Shown here piece by piece: positions 7,868 through 14,589 of a stretch of DNA of 39,554 nt. Both the position numbers and the translations under genes were made by a program. This stretch comes from a virus. Position 1 is the stretch's first letter. Each line of letters opens with the position of its first letter. The notes under the pieces are model-generated. The model did not search any database, had not been told where the DNA came from, and saw only the letters and a list, made by a program, of their open reading frames with translations. The stretch covers positions 1 through 39,554 of the IMG/VR virus record IMGVR_UViG_3300045988_120837. One strand, written 5' to 3'.

Positions 7868-8557
7868 CTACCAGGTGGCTCGCTCCTGATTGAGTATGAT
7901 CTCGAGAGCGCCCACAGCGTTCATCAGCTCACCCTCGGCCTTGCGGTAGTCGCGGCTCGAGGTCTTCGTGCGCTCGCTGATGTACGTGATGACCGTGGTA
8001 GGCATGTCGAGGTCGTTGAAGTCGATTTTCAGAGCGAGCGTATCGACGTACTTCTGCTTGTCGGAGACGAAATTGCCGCTCATGCCCGACATGGAGAAGT
8101 TACTCTGGCCGCCGAATGTCATCGAGCCACCGCCGAAACTGCCGGTGGTCACCTCGGAGCCGTCCACGAGCACAGAGAAGCCGCGAATGGATGCGATGGG
8201 GGCGTAGTAGGGCTTCGCCTCCATCGCCTTTTCAGCGACCAGTGAAAGACCGCCGGTGAACAGCGCGAGCGTTGCCTTGCCGGCGATGCCCATACCCTTC
8301 TTCTTGACCGCTGCGGTCGCCCTCTTCACGCAGATGACGCCGCGCTCGGTGTCAATGGCGAACTTGCCGTAATCGTGCGTGGGCGTGAACTCCTGCTTGC
8401 CCTTTTTGGCGCTGATGGCGCTCTTGAGCTCCTCAAGGCGCAGCTCGCCGTTGCGCTTGAGCTCCTCCGTTTCCTTCCTCATGCGCTCGAGGTCGAACTC
8501 CTTGTCCTCCTCGCTGTAGTAGTCGTCGTCCTTCTCGGTGTCGTCGTAATCTCCCAT
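7868..8557 (-). CDS. Unknown 229-aa protein co-oriented with the repressor (lysogeny-module cargo)
   Basis: ATG 8557 lies 7 nt after AGGAGG and 2 nt after the repressor stop. The product has an acidic N-terminus, a coiled-coil segment, a hydrophobic/Gly-rich segment and a G/S/M-rich stretch. I recognised no catalytic motif. Confidence 0.75.
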   Translation of the reverse strand: MGDYDDTEKDDDYYSEEDKEFDLERMRKETEELKRNGELRLEELKSAISAKKGKQEFTPTHDYGKFAIDTERGVICVKRATAAVKKKGMGIAGKATLALFTGGLSLVAEKAMEAKPYYAPIASIRGFSVLVDGSEVTTGSFGGGSMTFGGQSNFSMSGMSGNFVSDKQKYVDTLALKIDFNDLDMPTTVITYISERTKTSSRDYRKAEGELMNAVGALEIILNQERATW

Positions 8558-8559
8558 GC

Positions 8560-8793
8560 TTATTCCTCCTTGGTCGACTGGTCTTGTTGTTTCTTGAAAT
8601 ATGCCCAAGACCCCAGAAGTTCATCGGTCGTGCATCCATAGAACTTAGACAGGGTTATTAGCTTCGATGAATTGATCTCACGTTGGCCGCTTTCCATCAT
8701 GGAATAAGCCGAGACGCCAATACCTAAGACTTCTGCTATTTCTGCCTGCTTTTTGCCATATTTAAGTCTGGTGGCTTTTAGCCGGTTGTTCAT
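8560..8793 (-). CDS. Short XRE-family HTH repressor (CI-like by position)
   Basis: 77 aa with the HTH_3 pattern (..KKQAEIAEVLGIGVSAYSMMESGQREI..). AGGAGG RBS. Divergent from the cro-like gene. Confidence 0.8.
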   Translation of the reverse strand: MNNRLKATRLKYGKKQAEIAEVLGIGVSAYSMMESGQREINSSKLITLSKFYGCTTDELLGSWAYFKKQQDQSTKEE

Positions 8794-8937
8794 CTCTTGC
8801 CTCCTGCTGGTTCACTGGCGCGAGCTTATTGTACGAAAAACTTTACAAAAAGTGAAATAGATACTTGCAAAATGTTTCGACTCAGCTATATTCACTAATT
8901 GTGAACTACACAAATAGTGAACTAAGGAGGGATTCTA
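8794..8937. promoter_or_regulatory. Divergent genetic-switch region with promoters and AGTGAAC-type operator half-sites
   Basis: Rightward promoter: TTGCAA (8865-8870), 16-nt spacer, TATATT (8887-8892). Leftward promoter on the minus strand: TTCACT (8856-8851), 17-nt spacer, TACAAT (8833-8828). Five AGTGAAC-like half-sites lie at 8809-8816, 8851-8857, 8890-8896, 8900-8906 and 8916-8922, and include the palindrome TTCACtaattGTGAA. Confidence 0.6.
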
Positions 8938-9150
8938 TTGAACGCAATTGCTAGTGAGCGAGTTCGGCTCGGTTTAAGTCAGGGCGATTTGGCTATTCAA
9001 CTTGGCTTAAAGACGCGCTCCTCAGTAGCTAGCTGGGAAAACGGAGGAGACATTCCAAGCTCGAAACTCATTCTTATGTCTGAGCTCTTCCGCTGCTCGG
9101 TTGATTACTTGCTTGGTCTGACCGATGAGCGAACTTCTCGTGCCAGCTAG
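8938..9150 (+). CDS. Cro-like XRE-family HTH regulator
   Basis: 70 aa with the HTH_3 pattern (..LSQGDLAIQLGLKTRSSVASWENG..). TTG start 7 nt after GGAGG. First gene of the rightward operon. Confidence 0.75.
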   Translation: MNAIASERVRLGLSQGDLAIQLGLKTRSSVASWENGGDIPSSKLILMSELFRCSVDYLLGLTDERTSRAS

Positions 9151-9185
9151 TCAAAACCCAGAAGGCAAAAGGGGAGGAGGAATGG

Positions 9186-9338
9186 ATGCCTGACATGACC
9201 CAATGGACGCTCAACTTCTGTGCCGGCATGTGCGTGGCGCTGTTATTTGAGGTTGTCCGCATTCAGATAAAAGTCGACGACATAGAAAAGCGTCTCATTC
9301 CCCAAGACCAGAAAGAAGGAGAAGGAAATGTCGATTGA
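9186..9338 (+). CDS. Micro-ORF, 50 aa, N-terminal hydrophobic segment
   Basis: ATG 5 nt after GGAGGAGG. Product is MPDMTQWTLNFCAGMCVALLFEVV... It overlaps the next ORF start by 11 nt. Below the track cut-off. Confidence 0.5.
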   Translation: MPDMTQWTLNFCAGMCVALLFEVVRIQIKVDDIEKRLIPQDQKEGEGNVD

Positions 9339-9465
9339 GGAGCTTGAGAAGCGCGAACGCGATGCCTACGAGGCTTTCATGGAAGCCGACTGGATGCACG
9401 CCGACATGCGCCTGAACGAGTGGCTGGATGCCGCCCACGAGCTTAACGAGGCGAAGGGGCTGTGA
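9328..9465 (+). CDS. Micro-ORF, 45 aa, acidic helical
   Basis: ATG after AAGGAGAAGGA. Product is MSIEELEKRERDAYEAFMEADWMHADMRLNEWLDAAHELNEAKGL. Codon third positions are G/C-rich. Confidence 0.55.
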   Translation: MSIEELEKRERDAYEAFMEADWMHADMRLNEWLDAAHELNEAKGL

Positions 9466-9575
9466 TTTTCGACTGGTTCGAGCGCCATCCGATTATCGGC
9501 TTCGGGCTTTTCTACACGGCCTATAGGGCTGCGGAGATTTTCATCACGACTTTGAATGAGGCGAACAGACCGTGA
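9462..9575 (+). CDS. Micro-ORF, 37 aa, hydrophobic
   Basis: GTG start in a GTGA overlap with the previous stop. Product is VIFDWFERHPIIGFGLFYTAYRAAEIFITTLNEANRP. Confidence 0.4.
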   Translation: MIFDWFERHPIIGFGLFYTAYRAAEIFITTLNEANRP

Positions 9576-9694
9576 GGCGCAGGTCTCCAGACTTTGAGAA
9601 GGGCTTCAACTACTGCCTGTTTCTCAACGTCATCGTACTTTTAGCCGTCTTACTCCTCGTGCTTTTGGTCAAAGCCCTAGAAAGATGCTTATGA
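9572..9694 (+). CDS. Micro-ORF, 40 aa, single transmembrane helix
   Basis: GTG start in a GTGA overlap with the previous stop. The product contains ..CLFLNVIVLLAVLLLVLLV.. Confidence 0.4.
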   Translation: MRRRSPDFEKGFNYCLFLNVIVLLAVLLLVLLVKALERCL

Positions 9695-10193
9695 GCTTGA
9701 GTATGGCCGCTTCGTAAATGAGCGAAATCGCCACCCTCAGCAACCTTGGAATCCTATTCCAGACCATTTCGCAGAAATCCGCGAAGTCACCGAGACCGAC
9801 CCGCAGACGCAGAAATGCAGCGCGCGGGCTTTCAGGAACGGAAGCAAAATCCCGTTTCCTCATATGACGGTATGTCGAATTCCTCTTGATCATGCCGGGG
9901 ACTATATTCCGATGTTCCCCCGCCGAACATTTGCGCTGGTAGATAGCGCACTTCTGTTCATCCGCTCCGCACTCGTCTCCATCGGCGCCGGGCTTTTTGG
10001 CCTTCTCCTTGACGCCGATCGCAAGGCGGTACCTGTGTCGCCGGCTGGCAACCCTGGGCGACATGGAACGCAGCAGTCTCCCATGCCAAGCTGTTCCGCC
10101 TGACGAGACGGGCGCGTAGCGGATGAATGGAGCGACCTTTGATAACCGCATCCGCCATTTGCCGTGAGCAGGGGGAGCCTGTGACGGCTGCAA
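9669..10193 (-). CDS. Possible minus-strand gene (174 aa maximal; ATG alternatives at 10151 and 10064), unresolved
   Basis: The longest ORF in an otherwise gap-like segment. The central and C-terminal translation looks protein-like (..GVKEKAKKPGADGDECGADEQKCAIYQRK..). However, the N-terminus is R/S/P-rich, there is no convincing RBS, and a chain of small plus-strand ORFs competes with it. Confidence 0.25.
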   Translation of the reverse strand: MQPSQAPPAHGKWRMRLSKVAPFIRYAPVSSGGTAWHGRLLRSMSPRVASRRHRYRLAIGVKEKAKKPGADGDECGADEQKCAIYQRKCSAGEHRNIVPGMIKRNSTYRHMRKRDFASVPESPRAAFLRLRVGLGDFADFCEMVWNRIPRLLRVAISLIYEAAILKLISIFLGL

Positions 10194-10366
10194 TGGCTCG
10201 GCAGCTGGCTCCGTTGAAAAGCCAGACGGTCAGGTGCGATGCCTGGCAGTAAGTCTCAGCGTCGTGCGGTGCGCATCCGCTATCAACTCGTCGTAGGCGT
10301 TTTCGATAGTTCTCTGCCCGTCCGTTACCGCCAGGATGCGTACCTCAAGGCGCTGAGAAAAGAAGA

Positions 10367-10422
10367 GTGGCTCCGATGACACTCCTTTGAAGTGGAAAGC
10401 AGCGGAGTGAAAAGGGAGCCAC
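10367..10422 (+). promoter_or_regulatory. Nested two-helix hairpin in the leader of the xis-like gene
   Basis: Outer stem GTGGCTCC (10367-10374) pairs with GGAGCCAC (10415-10422). Inner stem ACTCC (10381-10385) pairs with GGAGT (10404-10408). The internal loop is a symmetric 6/6. The structure ends about 17 nt before the GGAGG RBS. Confidence 0.4.
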
Positions 10423-10452
10423 AGGCAAAACCCACCATAGGAGGTGGACGTT

Positions 10453-10782
10453 ATGAATCATACCAAAAGCAATTGGCTTGACCCGATCAGCGAGTTCCAG
10501 CAGGCGATGGATGCGGCATCCGAGAAGCTGCGCCGTCAGCTGGAAGACCTCGAGCCGTACTGCGGCTCCGAGGCGCTGAAGTACGCCGTCCAGGCTGGCT
10601 ACCAGCCGCAGATGGCCTACTCGGTCATCGAGACCGCCAGATATACGGGGGTCTCCCCAAGCACCCTTTATGCGGAGAACAAGGCTGGACGATTGCCGTT
10701 CAAGACAATCGGCAGCAGGAATGCGCTCATAAGAGTGGTCGATGTCGACAAGTGGATGGAGGGACGCTCCGATGGCCGTTAG
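10453..10782 (+). CDS. Excisionase-type (HTH_17/MerR-like) DNA-binding protein
   Basis: The C-terminal half (..YSVIETARYTGVSPSTLYAENKAGRLPFKTIG..VVDVDKWMEG) matches the excisionase-family HTH pattern. ATG is 8 nt after GGAGG; track start is GTG 10444. Confidence 0.7.
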   Translation: MNHTKSNWLDPISEFQQAMDAASEKLRRQLEDLEPYCGSEALKYAVQAGYQPQMAYSVIETARYTGVSPSTLYAENKAGRLPFKTIGSRNALIRVVDVDKWMEGRSDGR

Positions 10783-10921
10783 GGTTTTCGATTTCCTGTC
10801 GGACCGCTGGATGCGGCTCAACCCGAAGCTGCGCAACGCCATCGTCTCGACCGTCCTCATCGCGGGGCTGATCTTCGCGGGATGGCTCGAGGGCACCGCT
10901 CCGAGCGGCATGTACTACTAG
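10772..10921 (+). CDS. Micro-ORF, 49 aa, transmembrane
   Basis: The ATG overlaps the end of the previous gene. Third codon positions are G/C-rich. The product contains ..AIVSTVLIAGLIFAGWL.. Below the track cut-off. Confidence 0.55.
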   Translation: MAVRVFDFLSDRWMRLNPKLRNAIVSTVLIAGLIFAGWLEGTAPSGMYY

Positions 10922-10930
10922 GAGGTGCCG

Positions 10931-11137
10931 ATGGTCGGCTTCTTTGGATGGACCGCCGAGCGCGGTCGTGACGGCAGCTGGTTCGCGACCAAGTTTGTCG
11001 AGAAGGGCCCCACGAGGGGCAGCGCGACCGGAATCGTCCGCTCGCGCCATCTACTGGTCAACGTCAGCAAGGCCGCGAGCAAGGATGCTGCGATGCGTGA
11101 GATCAAGCGTCTCTACGTAATCGGAGCGCTGCAATGA
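10931..11137 (+). CDS. Hypothetical protein (68 aa)
   Basis: ATG 5 nt after GGAGG. ATGA overlap with the next gene. Confidence 0.6.
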   Translation: MVGFFGWTAERGRDGSWFATKFVEKGPTRGSATGIVRSRHLLVNVSKAASKDAAMREIKRLYVIGALQ

Positions 11138-11652
11138 CGGAACCGACCGAAAACAATGGAGAAAATGTGGAATCGGGGGTAGTTGTCCCTCGCAAAAGGG
11201 ACAACTCATATTTCTGGCGCTCTGACGAGGACAGATACATCAGGACGCACAGGATGGACGGCTATCTGCTGCTGTCGGAGATGATGACAGGCCGCGGATG
11301 GCCGAGGTCTCCCGAAGCCATCAAGAAGCACGCCAAGAGGGTGCTCGGAATCAACCTAGGCAAATACCCCGAATCGGGGATGCACCGCTGCATCTCGTGC
11401 GGGAAGTGGGACGTGCGCCCCAATTCCCATGCCGGGCGGATGGGGCTCTGTCCCGCCTGCTGGAGACGAAGGCAGGCGGAAGCCATCCGCGAGGGCATGG
11501 ACGAGAAAAAGGCCGAGGCCGAGTACCAAAGGGAAAAGAAGCGCAGGCGCGATGCGAGAAAGCGCCTGCAACGAGAGAAGGAAAAGAACAATGGAACAGA
11601 CTGTGGAGCAGGTTCAGGCGAAGCCGGAGCCCGTGAAGATCTCGGCGCTTGA
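11134..11652 (+). CDS. Hypothetical zinc-ribbon protein with a basic C-terminal tail
   Basis: Contains CISCG...CPACW (a CxxC pair) and a K/R/E-rich tail. ATGA coupling to the previous gene. Confidence 0.6.
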   Translation: MTEPTENNGENVESGVVVPRKRDNSYFWRSDEDRYIRTHRMDGYLLLSEMMTGRGWPRSPEAIKKHAKRVLGINLGKYPESGMHRCISCGKWDVRPNSHAGRMGLCPACWRRRQAEAIREGMDEKKAEAEYQREKKRRRDARKRLQREKEKNNGTDCGAGSGEAGAREDLGA

Positions 11653-12979
11653 GCTCGAGAACGTCAAGCGCATCAGGGCCGTGGCGCTCCGTCCGACCGA
11701 GAACGGCCTGACCGTCATCGGCGGTCGAAACGGTCAGGGCAAGACCAGCGTGGTCGATGCGATCTCGTGGGCGCTCGGCGGCAAGCGCAAGCAGCCGTCC
11801 AAGCCCAACCGCGAGGGCAGCGCGACGCCCGCGAAGCTGCACGTGGAGCTGAGCAACGGCCTCGTGGTCGAGCGCTCGGGCAAGAACGCATCGCTCACGG
11901 TGACCGACCCATCCGGCAAGAAGGCAGGCCAGAAGCTTCTCGACAGCTTCATCGAGGAGCTTGCTATCGACCTGCCGAAATTCATGGTCATGACCGACAA
12001 CGAGAAGGCGCAGGAGCTGCTTCGAATCATCGGCATCGGCGGCGAGTTGGATGAGCTGGACAAGAAACTCGGCGAACTGAAGAGCGAGCGCCTAGACATC
12101 GGTCAGCGCAAGCGCGCCAAGGACAAGATCGCCGAGGAGATGCCGTTCTTCCCCGATGCCCCTGACCACCGTGTGTCGCCTGCGGAGCTCATTGAGCAGC
12201 AGCAGGCGATTCTCGCGAAGAACGGCGAGAACCAGCGCAAGCGCGAGAAGGTCGGCATCATCAAGCAGCAGCGCGACAACCTGAACATGCTGTGCGACAG
12301 CCTCAACAGCCAGATCATGTCGCTCAACGAGGAGCTGAAGCGCAAGACCGAAGAGCTGATGAAGCTCACCGAGGACTACCAGACAGCGCTCAAGGATGCA
12401 GCCGACCTCGAGGACGAGAAGACCGATGAGATCGAGCGGAGCATCGCCAACATCGATGCGCTCAACCAGAAGGTCGAGGCCAACGAGCGCCGCAAGCAGG
12501 CGCTGAAGGATGCCGAATCCCTTAACGACGATTACCAGAGCTGCAACAGCGAGGTCAATGCGGTCGAGGACCAGCGCAAGAAGCTGCTCGAGACCGCCAA
12601 GATGCCGCTGGACGGCCTGACGGTCGAGGACGGCAAGCTGGTGTACAACGGCGCGGTCTGGTCGGACATGAGCGGTGCGGAGCAGCTGCGCGTGGCGACG
12701 GCGGTCGTGCGCTCGCTCAAGCCCGAGTGCGGGTTCGTCCTGGTCGATAAGTTGGAACAGATGGACCCGCAGACGCTCGCCGAGTTCGGCGCCTGGGCCG
12801 AATCCGAGGGCCTTCAGGTCATCGGCACCCGCGTGGCGACCGATGACACCTGCTCGGTCATCATCGAGGACGGGCGCGTGGTCGAGGGCGCCGGGCAGCT
12901 GAAGGTCGAGACGCCTGAGATTAAGGTCGAGATTCCCGAGGTCAAGATTCCCGCCATGCAGTTCGGAGGTAGCTTCTAA
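11591..12979 (+). CDS. SMC/Rad50(SbcC)-like ATPase with a coiled-coil insert
   Basis: Walker A GGRNGQGKTS, a long coiled coil, the signature-like SGAEQ and Walker B FVLVDKLEQMD. The start is uncertain (ATG 11591; the ORF is open from 11429). Confidence 0.75.
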   Translation: MEQTVEQVQAKPEPVKISALELENVKRIRAVALRPTENGLTVIGGRNGQGKTSVVDAISWALGGKRKQPSKPNREGSATPAKLHVELSNGLVVERSGKNASLTVTDPSGKKAGQKLLDSFIEELAIDLPKFMVMTDNEKAQELLRIIGIGGELDELDKKLGELKSERLDIGQRKRAKDKIAEEMPFFPDAPDHRVSPAELIEQQQAILAKNGENQRKREKVGIIKQQRDNLNMLCDSLNSQIMSLNEELKRKTEELMKLTEDYQTALKDAADLEDEKTDEIERSIANIDALNQKVEANERRKQALKDAESLNDDYQSCNSEVNAVEDQRKKLLETAKMPLDGLTVEDGKLVYNGAVWSDMSGAEQLRVATAVVRSLKPECGFVLVDKLEQMDPQTLAEFGAWAESEGLQVIGTRVATDDTCSVIIEDGRVVEGAGQLKVETPEIKVEIPEVKIPAMQFGGSF

Positions 12980-14046
12980 TGACGTTCCAGATCACCCGCG
13001 GTCAGCGCCTCCGCCCCCAGAAGGTCGTCATCTATGGCCCCGAGGGCGTCGGCAAGACGACGCTTGCGGCTCAATTCCCAAGCCCGCTGTTCATCGACAC
13101 CGAGAGCTCGTCCGACTACTTGGACGTCCCGCGCCTTCCCGCGCCCACGAGCTGGCAGATGCTGCTCGACGAGGTCGCGTGGATTCGCGATTACCCCGAG
13201 GAGTGCGGCGGCACGCTTGTTTTGGACACCGCCGACTGGGCGCAAAAGCTTGCAGTCGATGACGTGTGCAACGCCATGGGCTACAAGAGCATCGAGGACG
13301 CCGGCTACGGCAAGGGCTACACCTATGTGACCGAGCGCTTCGGAAAGCTGCTGAACCTGCTGAGCGAGGTGTGCGAGCGCGGCTGCAACGTGGTTGTGAC
13401 CGCCCACGCCATCATCAGCAAGTTCGAGCAGCCAGACGAGATGGGGGCATACGACCGCTGGGGCCTGAAGCTCATCGACGGCAAGAAGGCCAGCGTCGCG
13501 GCGATGCTCAAGGAGTGGGCGGACGCGGTGCTCTTCGCCAACTACAAGACCATAGTCATCACCACCAGCAAGGACGGCAAGGTTGGCAAGGCCCAGGGCG
13601 GCAAGAACCGAATGCTCTACTGCTCTCATGCCGCCACGTGGGATGCTAAGAACCGCTGGGGCCTGCCGGACGAGGTCCCGATGGAGTTTCAGCAGCTTGC
13701 GCCGTTCATCCCCGTCCCCCAGCTCGCGCGGCAGCAGCAGGTGCAGCAGGCGGTCGAGACGGTCAACGTCTCCACGGTCACGCCCGAGCAGATCGAGCAG
13801 GCGCGGAGCATTCCCGACCCGTTCGAGCCTGAGCACCCGGCATACCTCAAGCCGCTCTACGACCTGATGCAGCGTGACGGCATCAGTGCGGAGACGGTAA
13901 GCAAGGCAATCTCAACGCGCGGCTATTTCCCCGAGGGCACGCCGGTCGACGCGCTGCCCGAGGACTTCGCGAAGTTCTTGGTGTCGGCCTGGGACAGCAT
14001 GCGCGATTACATCAATTCCGGCATGGCAGCCGGTCGAAAGGAGTAA
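12979..14046 (+). CDS. AAA_24-family RecA-like ATPase (Sak4-like recombination protein)
   Basis: KVVIYGPEGVGKTTLAAQFPSPLFIDTE...LVLDTADW...VVVTAHA fits the AAA_24 pattern. TAATG coupling. Confidence 0.75.
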   Translation: MTFQITRGQRLRPQKVVIYGPEGVGKTTLAAQFPSPLFIDTESSSDYLDVPRLPAPTSWQMLLDEVAWIRDYPEECGGTLVLDTADWAQKLAVDDVCNAMGYKSIEDAGYGKGYTYVTERFGKLLNLLSEVCERGCNVVVTAHAIISKFEQPDEMGAYDRWGLKLIDGKKASVAAMLKEWADAVLFANYKTIVITTSKDGKVGKAQGGKNRMLYCSHAATWDAKNRWGLPDEVPMEFQQLAPFIPVPQLARQQQVQQAVETVNVSTVTPEQIEQARSIPDPFEPEHPAYLKPLYDLMQRDGISAETVSKAISTRGYFPEGTPVDALPEDFAKFLVSAWDSMRDYINSGMAAGRKE

Positions 14047-14049
14047 GCA

Positions 14050-14586
14050 ATGGCAAACGACATGGGTCAGTCCTTTGGGTGGGACGGCGAAATCGATGCT
14101 GTGGAGAACGAGTTCGAGCTGATGGAGCCCGGCGAATACTGGGCTACGGTCGAGAACGTCGAGCGCCAGCAGTTCAACGGTAGCGACAAGATGTGCGCCT
14201 GCCCCATCGCCAAGGTGAACGTCCGCCTGGACAACGGTCGCGTGCTCTCAGACCGCCTGTTCCTGAACTCCAAGAGCGCTTGGAAAATCACCCAGTTCTT
14301 CGTCTCGATCGGGATGCGAGCGGTCGATGCCCCCAAGGAGCAGAAGCTGAAGATGGATTGGGTCGGCGCGGTCGGTCGCCGCTGCAAGATCAAGGTCGGC
14401 ACCCACGAGTACAAGGACAAGACCTACAACGAGATCTCCGAGTGGATGAAGCCCGAGGCTCAGGCCGCAGCACCCCAGCAGCACGTCTACGGCAACGCCA
14501 CCCCCGAACCTGTCTCGCCTGCGCTGCAGGGCATGATCAACCAGACCTTCCAGCAGGCTCAGGCCGCGCAGAACGGGGGCTTCTAA
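14050..14586 (+). CDS. DUF669-family protein (ssDNA-binding-like)
   Basis: The N-terminal FELMEPGEYWATVENVE motif and the usual position directly after an AAA_24 gene. Confidence 0.6.
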   Translation: MANDMGQSFGWDGEIDAVENEFELMEPGEYWATVENVERQQFNGSDKMCACPIAKVNVRLDNGRVLSDRLFLNSKSAWKITQFFVSIGMRAVDAPKEQKLKMDWVGAVGRRCKIKVGTHEYKDKTYNEISEWMKPEAQAAAPQQHVYGNATPEPVSPALQGMINQTFQQAQAAQNGGF

Positions 14587-14589
14587 GTC

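Noticed and set aside
7868-8793. An ImmR/ImmA-type (repressor plus metalloprotease) or toxin-antitoxin reading of the repressor and downstream gene pair.
   Set aside because: The downstream protein has no HExxH or other protease motif that I can see. The XRE gene faces a cro-like gene across an operator-rich switch, which fits a phage repressor better than an antitoxin. The toxin-antitoxin reading cannot be fully excluded without testing.
10345-10911. 188-aa minus-strand ORF.
   Set aside because: It is antisense to the xis-like gene (10453..10782), which has a clear excisionase-type HTH motif and a GGAGG RBS, and to the G/C-third-position-rich micro-ORF 10772..10921.
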